From positions 33,486 to 97,485 of the forward strand of contig NZ_JAPSHV010000002.1 of the NCBI RefSeq assembly GCF_031179385.1: 64,000 nucleotides of DNA, given 5' to 3'. A program made the position numbers and the translations under genes. Positions 43,501 to 53,062 of the stretch are shown one piece after another (position 1 is the first letter of the stretch; each line of letters begins with the position of its first letter). The stretch comes from Arthrobacter sp. (lineage in GTDB: Bacteria > Actinomycetota > Actinomycetes > Actinomycetales > Micrococcaceae). A model generated the notes under the pieces. That model was given only the letters and a program-made list of their open reading frames with translations. It made no database searches and was not told the DNA's origin.

Positions 43501-44041
43501 TGGTTCCACTGAGCCGGGCGTCCGCCTCCTTGTCCCCGAGGACGGCCTCGCCGAGGAGATTGATGTTGAGCCTGACGCCTTCTCCGCGCAAGGCGGCGAT
43601 CGACTTGCCCAGCTGCGCAGGACGGGCGTCGACGATGAGGTGGCCGACCATCTCGCGCAGCACCCGCTGCGCAACGGGAACCACAACCTGCGGCAGAATC
43701 GGGGCCATGACGCCGCCTAGGCGCACTGCACCCTTCATGTACCAGGGCAGGAAGGAAGGCGCCTTCCGGGCAAGCCGGGACAGATTCCGAGCCGCTACGG
43801 CGGGATCCTCCGGGCGGATCACCCGGTCCACGAAGCCGATCGTGAAGTCGAGCCCGTTCTGGTCCTTGAGGACCTCGGCGAGGAGCTGCGCGGACTTCGA
43901 TCCGCGGGTAGTGCCCGAACCGGACGCACGGGGTGGTGTGCTGCCGGATTCGTCCAGGTGGAGCCACCGCCGGACTAGGGCAACCGCATCATCGCCCAGG
44001 GTTTGGGGCAATGGCTCTGCGGTGGGGATGGTTTGTGTCAT
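40571..44041 (-). CDS. putA: bifunctional proline dehydrogenase / glutamate-semialdehyde (P5C) dehydrogenase
   Basis: PRODH motifs (NINLLGE, INLDME, IVLQAYL, VRLVKGA, SYLIRRLEEN) and ALDH motifs (PPWNFP, ETSGKN, catalytic GQKCSA, EFFGP). Confidence 0.97.
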   Translation of the reverse strand: MTQTIPTAEPLPQTLGDDAVALVRRWLHLDESGSTPPRASGSGTTRGSKSAQLLAEVLKDQNGLDFTIGFVDRVIRPEDPAVAARNLSRLARKAPSFLPWYMKGAVRLGGVMAPILPQVVVPVAQRVLREMVGHLIVDARPAQLGKSIAALRGEGVRLNINLLGEAVLGDKEADARLSGTRELLARDDVDYVSIKVSSVVSTLNLWDFDGTVERVVERLLPLYHLAASSPAPKFINLDMEEYHDLDLTVAVFKRILETPELRNLEAGIVLQAYLPDALATLQDLTRWAQDRRAAGGSAIKVRLVKGANLAMELVDAAVHGWEPATLPSKQASDTNYKRCLDWALRPENAAAVRLGVAGHNLFDIALARTLAVARGVEDRIEFEMLLGMAEDQAAEVRKDVGSLLLYTPVVKPAQFDVAISYLIRRLEENASQENFMSAVFELTKSEELFEREKSRFLASLEELDFTVPEPNRSQTPDRFTATAPGNFRNQSDSDPSLPVIREWASEVLQRVPHSTLGIALVEASRLDTEDDVDAAIRSARAAQRDWGSRSGAERATVLRSAAAELAARRGDLVEVSASETGKTIAESDPEISEAIDFANYYALLAEELDTIEGARFVPATLTVATPPWNFPVAIAAGSALAPLAAGSAVILKPAPQAKRCAAVMVQALWDAGVPREVLKFADVEEGPVGQHLISHPDVDRVILTGAYDTAKLFRSWRNDLPLLAETSGKNSLIVTPSSDLDLAAADVVRSAFGHAGQKCSAASLAILVGSAGTSARFRNQLTDAAASLRVGYPEDPATEVGPIIEPADGKLKDALTTLGEGESWLVEPKQLDDTGRLWSPGVRTGVKPGSYFHMTEFFGPVLGIMHAESLEQAIEWQNASAYGLTGGIHTLNPDEVSQWLESVEAGNLYVNRGITGAIVRRQPFGGWKQSAVGPGAKAGGPNYLIHLGSWEREELHPGNVHAPLSEPVRALLHAADVSDAERGFLARSAADDQRHWVRTFGVHEDVSGLRVERNEFRYLPAPVTVRLNEAGSLADFLRVVAAGLRSGAPMSVSTAEPLAPALAAVLSANDVRHRVEDDAAWLAAAPSAKLGRVRLVGGGYSELCAATDGDPDVAIYSGPVTEAGRIELLPFLREQAVTITAHRFGNPDNVSGEVLR

Positions 44042-44232
44042 TGTTCTCGTCTACCTAACGACGACGGGCCAGGGGACCTGCGAAGCAGTCCACTTCAAGG
44101 GGTGGCTGGCCGATCAGCCGCGGGCGCATTCCGCCTCGGCATGCTGGGTGCAATAACAGATAAGTGCGCCCAGTGGAAATATGGTAACGCCTGGAAAACA
44201 GCGGCGGCACCAAACTGCGCTAAGGTTGGAGC

Positions 44233-44259
44233 ATGTTCGCGCAACTGCTCCTTACCTAG
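44233..44259 (+). CDS. leuS leader peptide MFAQLLLT (8 aa)
   Basis: ATG TTC GCG CAA CTG CTC CTT ACC TAG, with three tandem Leu codons. TAAGGT -10 lies 6 nt upstream. Followed by hairpins and a terminator. Too short for the ORF track. Confidence 0.8.
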   Translation: MFAQLLLT

Positions 44260-44304
44260 CCGCGCACCCCTGCGCGGCCGCCCCTCCTGAGTTGAGGGGC
44301 TTTT
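44259..44304 (+). terminator. leuS attenuator: hairpin 44259-44278 and intrinsic terminator 44280-44304
   Basis: GCCGCGCA-cccc-TGCGCGGC, then GCCCCTC-ctgagtt-GAGGGGC-TTTT, about 100 nt upstream of the leuS start. Confidence 0.8.
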
Positions 44305-44404
44305 GTATGTCCGGGGCTGATTCGGGTGCCGGCAGTGTTCATCCGGGAGCGGTGGCGTGACTGGTAAGACGGTCACCAGTGATCAACAGACAGGGCAAGT
44401 AACA

Positions 44405-46903
44405 GTGAGCATCAACCCCACAACCGAAGAGTCGGACGCCGGCACCTACAGTTTCGCGGACATCGAGGCGAAGTGGCTTCCGGTATGGGAGAAGCTCGAC
44501 ACCTTCACTCCCGTGGACGACGGCAGCAGGGAACGCCGCTACGTGCTGGACATGTTCCCTTACCCGTCCGGCGACCTTCACATGGGGCATGCGGAAGCTT
44601 TCGCGATGGGCGACGTCGTCGCCCGGTACTGGCGCCAGCTCGGTTACGACGTTCTGCATCCCATCGGCTGGGACTCCTTCGGGCTGCCCGCCGAGAACGC
44701 GGCCATCAAGCACAACGCTCACCCCAGTGAGTGGACGTACGCGAATATCGATACCCAGGCCGCGTCCTTCAAGCGTTACGCGATCAGTGCAGACTGGTCC
44801 CGCCGGCTGCACACCTCGGATCCGGAGTACTACCGCTGGACTCAGTGGCTGTTCCTGCGGTTTTTCGAGAAGGGTCTTGCCTACCGCAAGGACCACCCCG
44901 TCAACTGGTGCCCCAAGGACCAGACGGTTCTCGCGAACGAACAGGTGGTCAACGGGGCATGCGAGCGGTGCGGAAGCCCCGTCACCAAGAAAAGCCTGAA
45001 CCAGTGGTACTTCCGCATCACCGAGTACGCCGACCGGCTGCTCGAAGACATGGAACCCCTGGCCGGCCACTGGCCTGAACGCGTGCTGGCAATGCAGCGG
45101 AACTGGATCGGCCGATCGGAAGGCGCACACGTCACCTTCACCATAGAGGCCGACGGCGACCTGCCTGCCGCCGATGTCACGGTCTTCACAACCAGGCCGG
45201 ACACCCTGCACGGCGCAACGTTCTTCGTTGTCGCCGCAGACGCGGATCTTGCTGCTGACCTGGTCACGCCTGAGCACGCGTCCGCGCTGGCCGACTACCG
45301 CGAGAGCGTGAACGCGCTCAGCGACATCGAGCGCCAGTCGACGGAGCGCGAGAAAACCGGTGTCTTCACGGGACGTTACGCAGTGAACCCGCTCAACGGC
45401 GAGAAGCTGCCTGTGTGGGCAGCCGACTACGTCCTTGCGGACTACGGAACGGGCGCCATCATGGCCGTTCCCGCGCATGACCAGCGCGACCTCGACTTCG
45501 CCCGTGCCTTCAACCTGCCGGTTCGCATGGTGGTGGACACAGGGGAGGAAGACCCGGCGCTGACGGGCAAAGCCACAACCGGCGAAGGGACGCTGGTCAA
45601 CTCGGGCGAGTTGAATGGTCTGGGCAAGGAGCAGGCGATCCAGCGCGCGATCGAACTGGTCTCCGAACAGGGCACCGGCGAGCGCACGGTCAACTACCGG
45701 CTCAGGGACTGGCTGCTGTCGCGTCAGCGATTCTGGGGTACACCCATCCCCATCATCCACTGCCCTTCCTGCGGAGAGGTCCCCGTACCCGACGAGCAAC
45801 TGCCCGTCCGTTTGCCCAGTAATCTCCGGGGAGAAGACCTGGCGCCGAAGGGCACCTCGCCGCTGGCTGCCGCAACTGACTGGGTCAACGTCGAGTGCCC
45901 CCAGTGCTCCGGGCCGGCCACACGGGACACCGACACGATGGACACCTTCGTCGACTCATCCTGGTACTACCTGCGATTCGTCGATCCGGAGTCGACAGAA
46001 GCTCCGTTCGACTCGCAGAAAGTCAACGAGTGGCTTCCCGTCGGCCAGTATGTCGGCGGCGTCGAGCACGCCATCCTGCACCTGCTCTACAGCCGCTTCT
46101 TCACCAAGGTCCTGTTCGACCTTGGGCTGGTCAACTTCACTGAGCCCTTCGCGGCGTTGCTCAACCAGGGTCAGGTGCTCAACGGCGGAAAGGCCATGAG
46201 CAAGTCGCTGGGCAACGGCGTCAATCTCGGTGAACAGCTCGACCGTTACGGTGTGGATGCCATTCGTCTCACCATGGTCTTCGCCTCCCCGCCGGAGGAC
46301 GACGTCGACTGGGCCGATGTATCGCCGTCGGGGTCTGCGAAGTTCCTCGCCCGTGCCTGGCGCCTTGGCGCCGACGTCGTGTCCGAGCCGGGAGTTGACC
46401 CCGCGTCTGGAGACCGTTCGCTGCGTTCGGTGACGCACCGTACGCTCGCCGATGCCGCAGACCTGTTGAAGAACAACAAGTTCAACGTGGTCATCGCCAA
46501 GGTGATGGAACTTGTCAACGCCACCCGCAAGGCAATCGACTCAGGTGCCGGAGGCGCTGACCCAGCTGTCCGCGAAGCGGCAGAGGCTACGGCCGTCATC
46601 CTGAGCCTGTTCGCACCGTACACCGCGGAGGACCTGTGGGAGCGGCTCGGTCACCCTGCTTCCGTCGCGGCAGCGGGTTGGCCCGCCGTCGATGAGTCGC
46701 TTCTCGTCCAGGACACGGTCACCGCCGTCGTGCAGGTACAGGGAAAGGTGCGCGACAGGCTGGAAGTTCCCGCTGACATCAGCGAGGACGAACTGCGTGA
46801 GCTGGCCCTCGGCACCGCCCAGGTGCAGCGCACGCTTGCGGGCAGAGATATCCGGACGGTCATCGTCCGGGCGCCCAAACTGGTGAACATCGTTCCGGCC
46901 TGA
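44405..46903 (+). CDS. leuS: leucine--tRNA ligase
   Basis: [13 protein letters not shown] (HIGH), [15 protein letters not shown]1 FTTRPDT and [26 protein letters not shown] (KMSKS-like). Start GTG 44405; the track ORF starts at 44357. Confidence 0.99.
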   Translation: MSINPTTEESDAGTYSFADIEAKWLPVWEKLDTFTPVDDGSRERRYVLDMFPYPSGDLHMGHAEAFAMGDVVARYWRQLGYDVLHPIGWDSFGLPAENAAIKHNAHPSEWTYANIDTQAASFKRYAISADWSRRLHTSDPEYYRWTQWLFLRFFEKGLAYRKDHPVNWCPKDQTVLANEQVVNGACERCGSPVTKKSLNQWYFRITEYADRLLEDMEPLAGHWPERVLAMQRNWIGRSEGAHVTFTIEADGDLPAADVTVFTTRPDTLHGATFFVVAADADLAADLVTPEHASALADYRESVNALSDIERQSTEREKTGVFTGRYAVNPLNGEKLPVWAADYVLADYGTGAIMAVPAHDQRDLDFARAFNLPVRMVVDTGEEDPALTGKATTGEGTLVNSGELNGLGKEQAIQRAIELVSEQGTGERTVNYRLRDWLLSRQRFWGTPIPIIHCPSCGEVPVPDEQLPVRLPSNLRGEDLAPKGTSPLAAATDWVNVECPQCSGPATRDTDTMDTFVDSSWYYLRFVDPESTEAPFDSQKVNEWLPVGQYVGGVEHAILHLLYSRFFTKVLFDLGLVNFTEPFAALLNQGQVLNGGKAMSKSLGNGVNLGEQLDRYGVDAIRLTMVFASPPEDDVDWADVSPSGSAKFLARAWRLGADVVSEPGVDPASGDRSLRSVTHRTLADAADLLKNNKFNVVIAKVMELVNATRKAIDSGAGGADPAVREAAEATAVILSLFAPYTAEDLWERLGHPASVAAAGWPAVDESLLVQDTVTAVVQVQGKVRDRLEVPADISEDELRELALGTAQVQRTLAGRDIRTVIVRAPKLVNIVPA

Positions 46904-46925
46904 GGGCCGGGAAAGAAGGACCACC

Positions 46926-47846
46926 GTGGCATGGTTTGATCGCCGTGCAGAACGTATCGGCGTTGGAGGCGCCGGCGAGCCGGATACGACGACGGCGGTC
47001 GTCACGGATTCGGCCGCAGCGTTCCCTCAGTCATGGATTGCGGGCGATGGTCCGGCCGCCGGCGTGACCATTGTGCCGATGCCGGTCATCATTGATGACC
47101 GGCACTACGGCGAGGGCGCGGACAGCCTCCTGAAGCCGCTTTCGCTGGCGCTGGTCGAGGGACGGGAGGTACGCACCTCCCGCCCGGCGCCCGGCCACTT
47201 CCAAAGTGTCTATCGCCGGTTGGAGCGCGAAGGTGCGAGCGAGATCGTGTCTATTCACCTCTCCGGCAAGTTGTCGGGAACGGTAGAGGCGGCACGCTGG
47301 GCAGCGCGATCAGTCTCGGTTCCGGTACACGTAGTGGACAGCGGAACGGTAGGAATGGCGCAGGGCTGTGGGGTGGTGGCGGCCGTCCGGGCACTACAGG
47401 GCGGCGCGAGCGCCTCCCGCGCGGCCGAGCGCGCCGCAGCTACCTGTTCGCGCACCAGCCTGCTGTTCTACCTCCCCAGCCTGGACCAGTTGCGGCGCGG
47501 CGGCCGCATCGGTGCTGCCGCAGGCTTCCTGGGTTCCCTGCTCGCTGTCAAGCCACTCCTGACCGTTCGCGACGGCGCCATTGAGCCCCTTGAGCGGGTG
47601 CGGACAGCAGCCCGTGCCAAGCAGCGCCTTGACGAACTTGTCATCGAAGACCTTCGGCGGCGTCCCCGCGGCGGCATCGCGGCATTCCACTATTTCGGGA
47701 ACATGGCGGAAGCCGAAGCTGCTGCGGCGCGGGTGCCTGAGGGGGCCGAAGCCGTCCTGACGCAGTTGCCGGCGGTGCTTGCCGCTCACACCGGGCTGGG
47801 CGTTCTGGCGGTCGCGATATCCGACCCACTGGTGCCGCCAGCCTGA
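46926..47846 (+). CDS. DegV-family fatty-acid-binding protein
   Basis: VVTDS, RTSRP, SIHLSGKLSGT, VDSG, LDQLRRGGRIG, LAVKPLL and AHTG motifs. Confidence 0.92.
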   Translation: MAWFDRRAERIGVGGAGEPDTTTAVVTDSAAAFPQSWIAGDGPAAGVTIVPMPVIIDDRHYGEGADSLLKPLSLALVEGREVRTSRPAPGHFQSVYRRLEREGASEIVSIHLSGKLSGTVEAARWAARSVSVPVHVVDSGTVGMAQGCGVVAAVRALQGGASASRAAERAAATCSRTSLLFYLPSLDQLRRGGRIGAAAGFLGSLLAVKPLLTVRDGAIEPLERVRTAARAKQRLDELVIEDLRRRPRGGIAAFHYFGNMAEAEAAAARVPEGAEAVLTQLPAVLAAHTGLGVLAVAISDPLVPPA

Positions 47847-47940
47847 TCTTCCGCTCCACATCCGCTGGGCCAGGGGCGGCTTACGCACATAGCCATTGCT
47901 GCCCCACCCCCGCCCAGCCGGGCGTTCATACGCTGGTTGC

Positions 47941-48816
47941 ATGGCAAGGCACCGCTGGGCGACGGGGGAGCATCTCCAGGGCTCGGACCGGTTGGAACGC
48001 GTCCTCAACCTCAAGCGTGCAGGGTCACAGCCGGCGGGGATCGAGGCGGTCAACGGTGATGACGACGGGGACCTGCACAGCGTCGAACTCAGCGACAGTG
48101 GTCCGCCTGACCCGGACGCCACCGCGGCACGCCGGCGACCGCCAAGCGGTAGACGTTGGGCAGCCACGCGACGGGCCGCGTTGCTGGCGGCAGGCTGCGC
48201 CCTCGCGGTCGGAGGCTGGCAGTTTGTGAGCGCTGACCGGACTCCCGGCGAGGTTGTCCCGATCGATCCCCCCGCCTCCTCAAGTACTGCCGCCGAGCCG
48301 GGTGTTCCCGTCGCGGAGGAAGGCACCGCTCCCGCCGTTGAGCGGGCGGATAAGCCGTCGACGCCTCATGCACAGGGCGCGCAGACCGCAACTGTCGTTG
48401 TTCATGTTGCCGGTGCAGTCCGGACGCCCGGCGTGGTGGAAATCGCAGCGGGTGCAAGGGTTTTCGAAGTACTCGAGAAGGCGGGCGGCGCGGTGCCCGA
48501 AGCTGAGCTGGCGGCTGTCAATCTGGCCGCCGTGGTGCAGGACGGGCAGCAGATCATGATTCCTCGCGTGGGGGAGGCGCCGCCGGTCGGCGCGCTTCCG
48601 GCACCGGACGCTGAAACCGCCGGCGGGCTTGTCAACCTCAATACGGCCGGCGCCACTGACCTCGAGGAACTCCCCAGGGTCGGGCCGGTCCTGGCTGAGC
48701 GCATCGTGGAATGGCGCGCCCAGCACGGGCCCTTCGCGCGTGCAGAGGACCTTGACGCGGTTCCCGGTATTGGACCGGCGATGCTTGAGTCATTGCTTCC
48801 CCTGGTGACAGTCTGA
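47941..48816 (+). CDS. comEA: ComEA-like DNA receptor (TM, SLBB and HhH domains)
   Basis: VVHVAGAVRTPGVV, AAVNLAAVVQDGQQI, VNLNTA and the HhH motifs LPRVGP and VPGIGP. TACGCT -10 lies 6 nt before ATG 47941. Confidence 0.92.
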   Translation: MARHRWATGEHLQGSDRLERVLNLKRAGSQPAGIEAVNGDDDGDLHSVELSDSGPPDPDATAARRRPPSGRRWAATRRAALLAAGCALAVGGWQFVSADRTPGEVVPIDPPASSSTAAEPGVPVAEEGTAPAVERADKPSTPHAQGAQTATVVVHVAGAVRTPGVVEIAAGARVFEVLEKAGGAVPEAELAAVNLAAVVQDGQQIMIPRVGEAPPVGALPAPDAETAGGLVNLNTAGATDLEELPRVGPVLAERIVEWRAQHGPFARAEDLDAVPGIGPAMLESLLPLVTV

Positions 48817-48817
48817 T

Positions 48818-51418
48818 ATGCCCGGTACAACTTCCGCAGGATGGGCGCATCTAGTACGGTCGGCTGCCGCGGCTGGGAAACCATCACCGCCCGTACCAGC
48901 CGCACCCCTGAAACGGAACGGCGGGCGTCGCATCGGCGTAACTGTCTGCCGCAGGCCGGTCCGCCACGAAGCCGCCAAGAGTCCCGCTCGGGACCTTCGA
49001 CTCCTACCCGCCGCTGGCTGCGCATGGGCCGCTGCGGCCGTGGCCATCAGGCTCGACGCGCAGGCGGGCCTTCTGCTGGGCCTCATGCTTGCGCTCGGCG
49101 CCCTCACGTTCGTCACCATCGCCGTCTGCAGTCGAAACAACAGCCCGGTTGTACTGATGCCGCTTGTCGCCCTTGCAGCGGCCGCAATGGTGAGCATCCC
49201 CACAGCCGCGCACGTTGCACATCGCTCCTCTGCCCCGCTGGCCGCTGCCATTGCGGCTCAGACCCACATCACCGTAAACCTCCGTGCCACCTCTGATGCA
49301 CAGGAAATATCCGCCGATGCCCAGGACGGCGCACCCCGCTGGATCCTTGAAGCCGACCTTCTCGAAGGCACGTCCGGGGGATTCCGGTTCACGGCAGATA
49401 CGCCCGTAATAGTGCTGGGCGGCAATGAATGGAGCTCCGTCAAGCATGGGGATCAGCTGCGTACGGCAGGAAAGCCGCTGGCAACAGACCCGGGAGATCG
49501 GGCAGGGGCGCTGCTCATTGCCTCGACCAGCCCTGACCTGATCCCGGAGCAGCCCGGAGCGGAGTCGCTCATCGAAGAGCTGAGGGAGCGTTTTCTCGCG
49601 CTCTCCGCCTCCACCGGAGCACCCGACGACGGATTGATGCCGGGCATGGTGATAGGAGCCCGGGCGTCCGTGAGCCAGCAACTCGTCGATACGATGAAAG
49701 CGACCGGGCTGACTCATCTCACGGCAGTCTCCGGGGCTAACTGCAGCTACGTGCTGGCGTTCGTTTTTATCCTCTGCCGGGCATGCAGGCTGCCGCGATG
49801 GACAGCCGCGGTTGCCGGTATTACAGCCCTCGTAGGATTCGTCCTGCTGGTCAGGCCCGAGCCCAGCGTTCTCAGGGCGGCTGTCATGGGAGCCATCGGA
49901 GTGTTGGCTGTCTTGACGGGCCGTGGACGCCTGTCGATGACGCTGCTGTTCCTGTCGATAGCGGCCCTCCTCACAGTGGACCCCTGGCTCAGCGTGGAGT
50001 ACGCGTTCATCCTGTCGGTCGCGGCGACCTGCGGGCTCGTGCTGGTCGGCCCTCTCCTGGCGTCGCAGCTGGGAGCGTTTCTGGCGCCCTCGGTTGCCCA
50101 GCTCGTCGCTGTTCCCCTGGCTGCCCAGCTTTTCTGCTCGCCGGTCCTGGCCCTCATCCAGCCGAGCCTGCCGACGTACTCGCTGCCGGCGAATATCGCG
50201 GCGTCACCGCTTGTGCCGTTCATCACCATCGCCGGCATGGTCTCCGTTGTCCTGGTGGCCCTGGCACCAGGGGCGGCTCTGCCGTTTGCCCTCGGCGCTG
50301 CGTGGGCGGCCGCCGGGGTGGCGCAGATCGCCAGGTTCTTCGCCGCCGCCCCGCACGCGTCCATACCATGGCCGTCCGGCACCGGGGGAGCGCTCCTGTC
50401 TGCACTGGGGAGCGCCGTCGTGCTGGCGGTCGTGGTGCGGGGACCGGACATGCTCACGTGGGTGCGCGCGACGTGCCACAGCACGCATGCGAGAATCCGT
50501 GCGCGCGGGGCACCCCCGATGAAGTCCGGCAGGAGGGGAGGAAGGCTGATCCCGCAGCTGACGCCAGTAGCCTGGGTCGCCGCCGGGTGTATCGCCGGCG
50601 TCGTGGGCATCCTGGTGTGGAATGGTGTGCGCGGCCACGGGCCGGAAGATTGGACGGTCGCTGCATGCGACGTCGGCCAGGGTGACGGACTGGCGGTGCG
50701 GACGGGGCCTGGTAGCGCCATAGTATTCGACGCCGGCCCGGAAGCGGGTCCCATGGACGCCTGCCTTGATCATCTCCGGGTGGACACTGTGGACCTGCTG
50801 GTGCTCACACACCTCCATGAGGACCACTACGGCGGAGTGGCAGGAGTATTCGCGGACCGCTCGGTGTCTCGGCTGCTCTACTCCACAACTGAGGAGACGC
50901 TGCCCGAGAGCGTGCAGCAGGTGAGCGCGCACGCCGGAACCACGGTCGCGCCCGCGACCGCCGGAACCGCAGGAACTACGGGAGATGTGGAATGGTCGGT
51001 CCTGTGGCCGGCACCCGGAAACTTTGCAGCATCCGAAAACGATGCCTCCGCCGTCGTACTGGCCACGGTGCATGGACGCTCCGGAACCAGCGACCTTCGC
51101 ATCCTGTTCACCGGCGACCTTGAGGAAGACGCGGCCAATCGCCTCCTCCGGGATCAGCCCGCGCTCAGTGCCGAGGGAATTGACGTCCTAAAGGTTGCGC
51201 ACCATGGCGCCAGGAACGGCGGCACGGCGATCATCGAGTCCCTGAGCCCTCGCGTTGCACTCATCTCCGCCGGGCGCCGGAACGATTACGGGCACCCCCA
51301 CCAGGAAACGCTCGCGGCACTGGAGGGCTCCGGCGCATATGTCGCCAGGACAGACCTGGCCGGAACCATACTCATCAGGACCGACGGTGATTCCCTTCAG
51401 GTCCGTGGGTCACGATGA
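48818..51418 (+). CDS. comEC: ComEC/Rec2 DNA uptake channel with C-terminal metallo-beta-lactamase domain
   Basis: GLTHLTAVSGAN, PEPSVLRAAVMG, FILSVAAT, DVGQGD, THLHEDH and LKVAHHG motifs. The exact start is uncertain. Confidence 0.93.
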   Translation: MPGTTSAGWAHLVRSAAAAGKPSPPVPAAPLKRNGGRRIGVTVCRRPVRHEAAKSPARDLRLLPAAGCAWAAAAVAIRLDAQAGLLLGLMLALGALTFVTIAVCSRNNSPVVLMPLVALAAAAMVSIPTAAHVAHRSSAPLAAAIAAQTHITVNLRATSDAQEISADAQDGAPRWILEADLLEGTSGGFRFTADTPVIVLGGNEWSSVKHGDQLRTAGKPLATDPGDRAGALLIASTSPDLIPEQPGAESLIEELRERFLALSASTGAPDDGLMPGMVIGARASVSQQLVDTMKATGLTHLTAVSGANCSYVLAFVFILCRACRLPRWTAAVAGITALVGFVLLVRPEPSVLRAAVMGAIGVLAVLTGRGRLSMTLLFLSIAALLTVDPWLSVEYAFILSVAATCGLVLVGPLLASQLGAFLAPSVAQLVAVPLAAQLFCSPVLALIQPSLPTYSLPANIAASPLVPFITIAGMVSVVLVALAPGAALPFALGAAWAAAGVAQIARFFAAAPHASIPWPSGTGGALLSALGSAVVLAVVVRGPDMLTWVRATCHSTHARIRARGAPPMKSGRRGGRLIPQLTPVAWVAAGCIAGVVGILVWNGVRGHGPEDWTVAACDVGQGDGLAVRTGPGSAIVFDAGPEAGPMDACLDHLRVDTVDLLVLTHLHEDHYGGVAGVFADRSVSRLLYSTTEETLPESVQQVSAHAGTTVAPATAGTAGTTGDVEWSVLWPAPGNFAASENDASAVVLATVHGRSGTSDLRILFTGDLEEDAANRLLRDQPALSAEGIDVLKVAHHGARNGGTAIIESLSPRVALISAGRRNDYGHPHQETLAALEGSGAYVARTDLAGTILIRTDGDSLQVRGSR

Positions 51419-51424
51419 GCTTGG

Positions 51425-52492
51425 ATGCTCATCACCCCCATGGCAGAGTTGACCCTGCCCATTCCTCGTCGATCAGGAGCCCCGTCCGTGTCCCCAAGCC
51501 CTGCAGGTTCGGCTACTTCGAGCTGGCGCGACGTCGGTCCGGCTCCCGTTGTTCTCTTGCTCGGTCCAGAGGAATACCTTGCCGCCCGCGGCTTTGAGTC
51601 GGTGCGCCGGCGCACGCGCGAGACGGAACCCGATGCCGAGACCGTCCGCCTGGATGCGGCGCAGTACGAGCCCGGATCGTTGATCATGCTGGGGAGCCCG
51701 TCGCTGTTCGGCGGCACGCAGATCATTGAAGCTCGCGGCCTGGCGCAGATGAACGATGCGTTCCTGCAGGACGCGCTCGAGTATGTCTCCAACCCGGCGC
51801 CGGACGTGGTGCTGGTCATGCACCATGCGGGTGGTACGCGCGGCAAAAAGCTGCTCGACTCGCTGAAGAGTGGGAAAGCTGTCGTCGTTGAGTGCCAGCC
51901 GCTGAAAAAGGACTCTGACAAGGTCGACTTCGCTACCGCGGAGTTCCGCAATGCGCGGCGCCGGATCGAACCTGATGCGGTGCGGGCCCTCGTCGCCGCA
52001 GTGGGATCGAGCCTGTCGGAGCTGGCAGCAGCATGCCATCAGCTTGCCTCAGATTCGGATGGCGTGATCTCCACTGAAACGGTGGAGAAATACTATGGTG
52101 GCCGGATCGAAGCCACCGGCTTCAAGGTAGCCGATGCTGCCCTTGCAGGACGCGGGGGACAGGCATTGGCGATGCTCCGGCACGCGCTCTCGAGCGGAGC
52201 AGACCCCGTGCCGCTGCTAGCCGCACTCGCGATGAAACTCCGAGCGGTGGCGAAGGTCTATGGAGTCAGGGGTAGCTCTGCACAGCTCGCTAAAGAATTG
52301 GGTATGGCACCGTGGCAGGTAGACCAGGCAAGGCGGGAAGCCCAGCGCTGGTCACCCGAGGGGCTCAATCACTGCATCCAAGTCCTGGCCGAGGCTGATG
52401 CCCAGGTCAAGGGGGAGGCACGCGATCCGATCTACGCTGTGGAGCGGGCGGTCACAGCTATCGCGCTGGGAGGAACCGCAACCGGCCGGTGA
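51425..52492 (+). CDS. holA: DNA polymerase III delta subunit
   Basis: LLLGPEEYL, SPSLFGG, YYGGRIEATGFKVADA and GMAPWQV. Conserved comEC-holA-rpsT context. Alternative start at 51440. Confidence 0.93.
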   Translation: MLITPMAELTLPIPRRSGAPSVSPSPAGSATSSWRDVGPAPVVLLLGPEEYLAARGFESVRRRTRETEPDAETVRLDAAQYEPGSLIMLGSPSLFGGTQIIEARGLAQMNDAFLQDALEYVSNPAPDVVLVMHHAGGTRGKKLLDSLKSGKAVVVECQPLKKDSDKVDFATAEFRNARRRIEPDAVRALVAAVGSSLSELAAACHQLASDSDGVISTETVEKYYGGRIEATGFKVADAALAGRGGQALAMLRHALSSGADPVPLLAALAMKLRAVAKVYGVRGSSAQLAKELGMAPWQVDQARREAQRWSPEGLNHCIQVLAEADAQVKGEARDPIYAVERAVTAIALGGTATGR

Positions 52493-52542
52493 CGCTGATC
52501 CTGCCCCTTCCGATCCCCGGTCGAAGTGCCCGTCGGTTAAAG

Positions 52543-52576
52543 GGTGATGGCCGGTCCCGTGGGACCGACCATCACC
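52543..52576 (-). terminator. terminator between convergent holA and rpsT
   Basis: GGTGATGGCCGGTCCC / GGGACCGACCATCACC inverted repeat. The one mismatch is G-U on the minus (rpsT) strand. Confidence 0.72.
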
Positions 52577-52596
52577 GTATGAAGCTCTGAAGGCAA

Positions 52597-52860
52597 TTAG
52601 CCGAGGTTGTTAACCCGCTTGGCAATTCCCGACTTGCGGTTCGCTGCGTTGTTCTTGTGAAGAACACCCTTGCTCACAGCCTTATCCAGCTTGCGGCTGG
52701 CAACGGCGAGCGCGGCCACTGCGGCGTCCTTGTCGGTGGACTCCACCGCGGTGTTGACGGCGCGGATAGCGGTCTTCAGCTCGGACTTGACCGAGTTGTT
52801 GCGCTGACGAGCCTTCTCATTGGTGAGAATGCGCTTCTTCTGGGACTTGATATTTGCCAC
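52597..52860 (-). CDS. rpsT: 30S ribosomal protein S20
   Basis: [30 protein letters not shown]...[23 protein letters not shown] start at 52860. Confidence 0.99.
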   Translation of the reverse strand: MANIKSQKKRILTNEKARQRNNSVKSELKTAIRAVNTAVESTDKDAAVAALAVASRKLDKAVSKGVLHKNNAANRKSGIAKRVNNLG

Positions 52861-53062
52861 GTATAAGACTCTCTTTGTATTGCGGACTGGTCGTGAGGGA
52901 TTTTCGGTGCGGCCTAAGACTGAGCGGCGTGGGGATACCGTGGCGACCGAGCCGAAGTGCCCGTCGACCTGCGCGGACACACAGCTATATAGGCTACCAG
53001 AACTCGCGCCCCCCTCGCGCCCCAGCCGTCATCGGCGGTTCGCTCATCTCTACCTGAGACTG

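Noticed and set aside
44095-44142. Possible Pro-containing uORF (MPRRNAPAADRPATP, minus strand) upstream of putA
   Set aside because: Four dispersed Pro codons are unremarkable at this GC content. There are no tandem Pro codons, no SD and no leaderless geometry.
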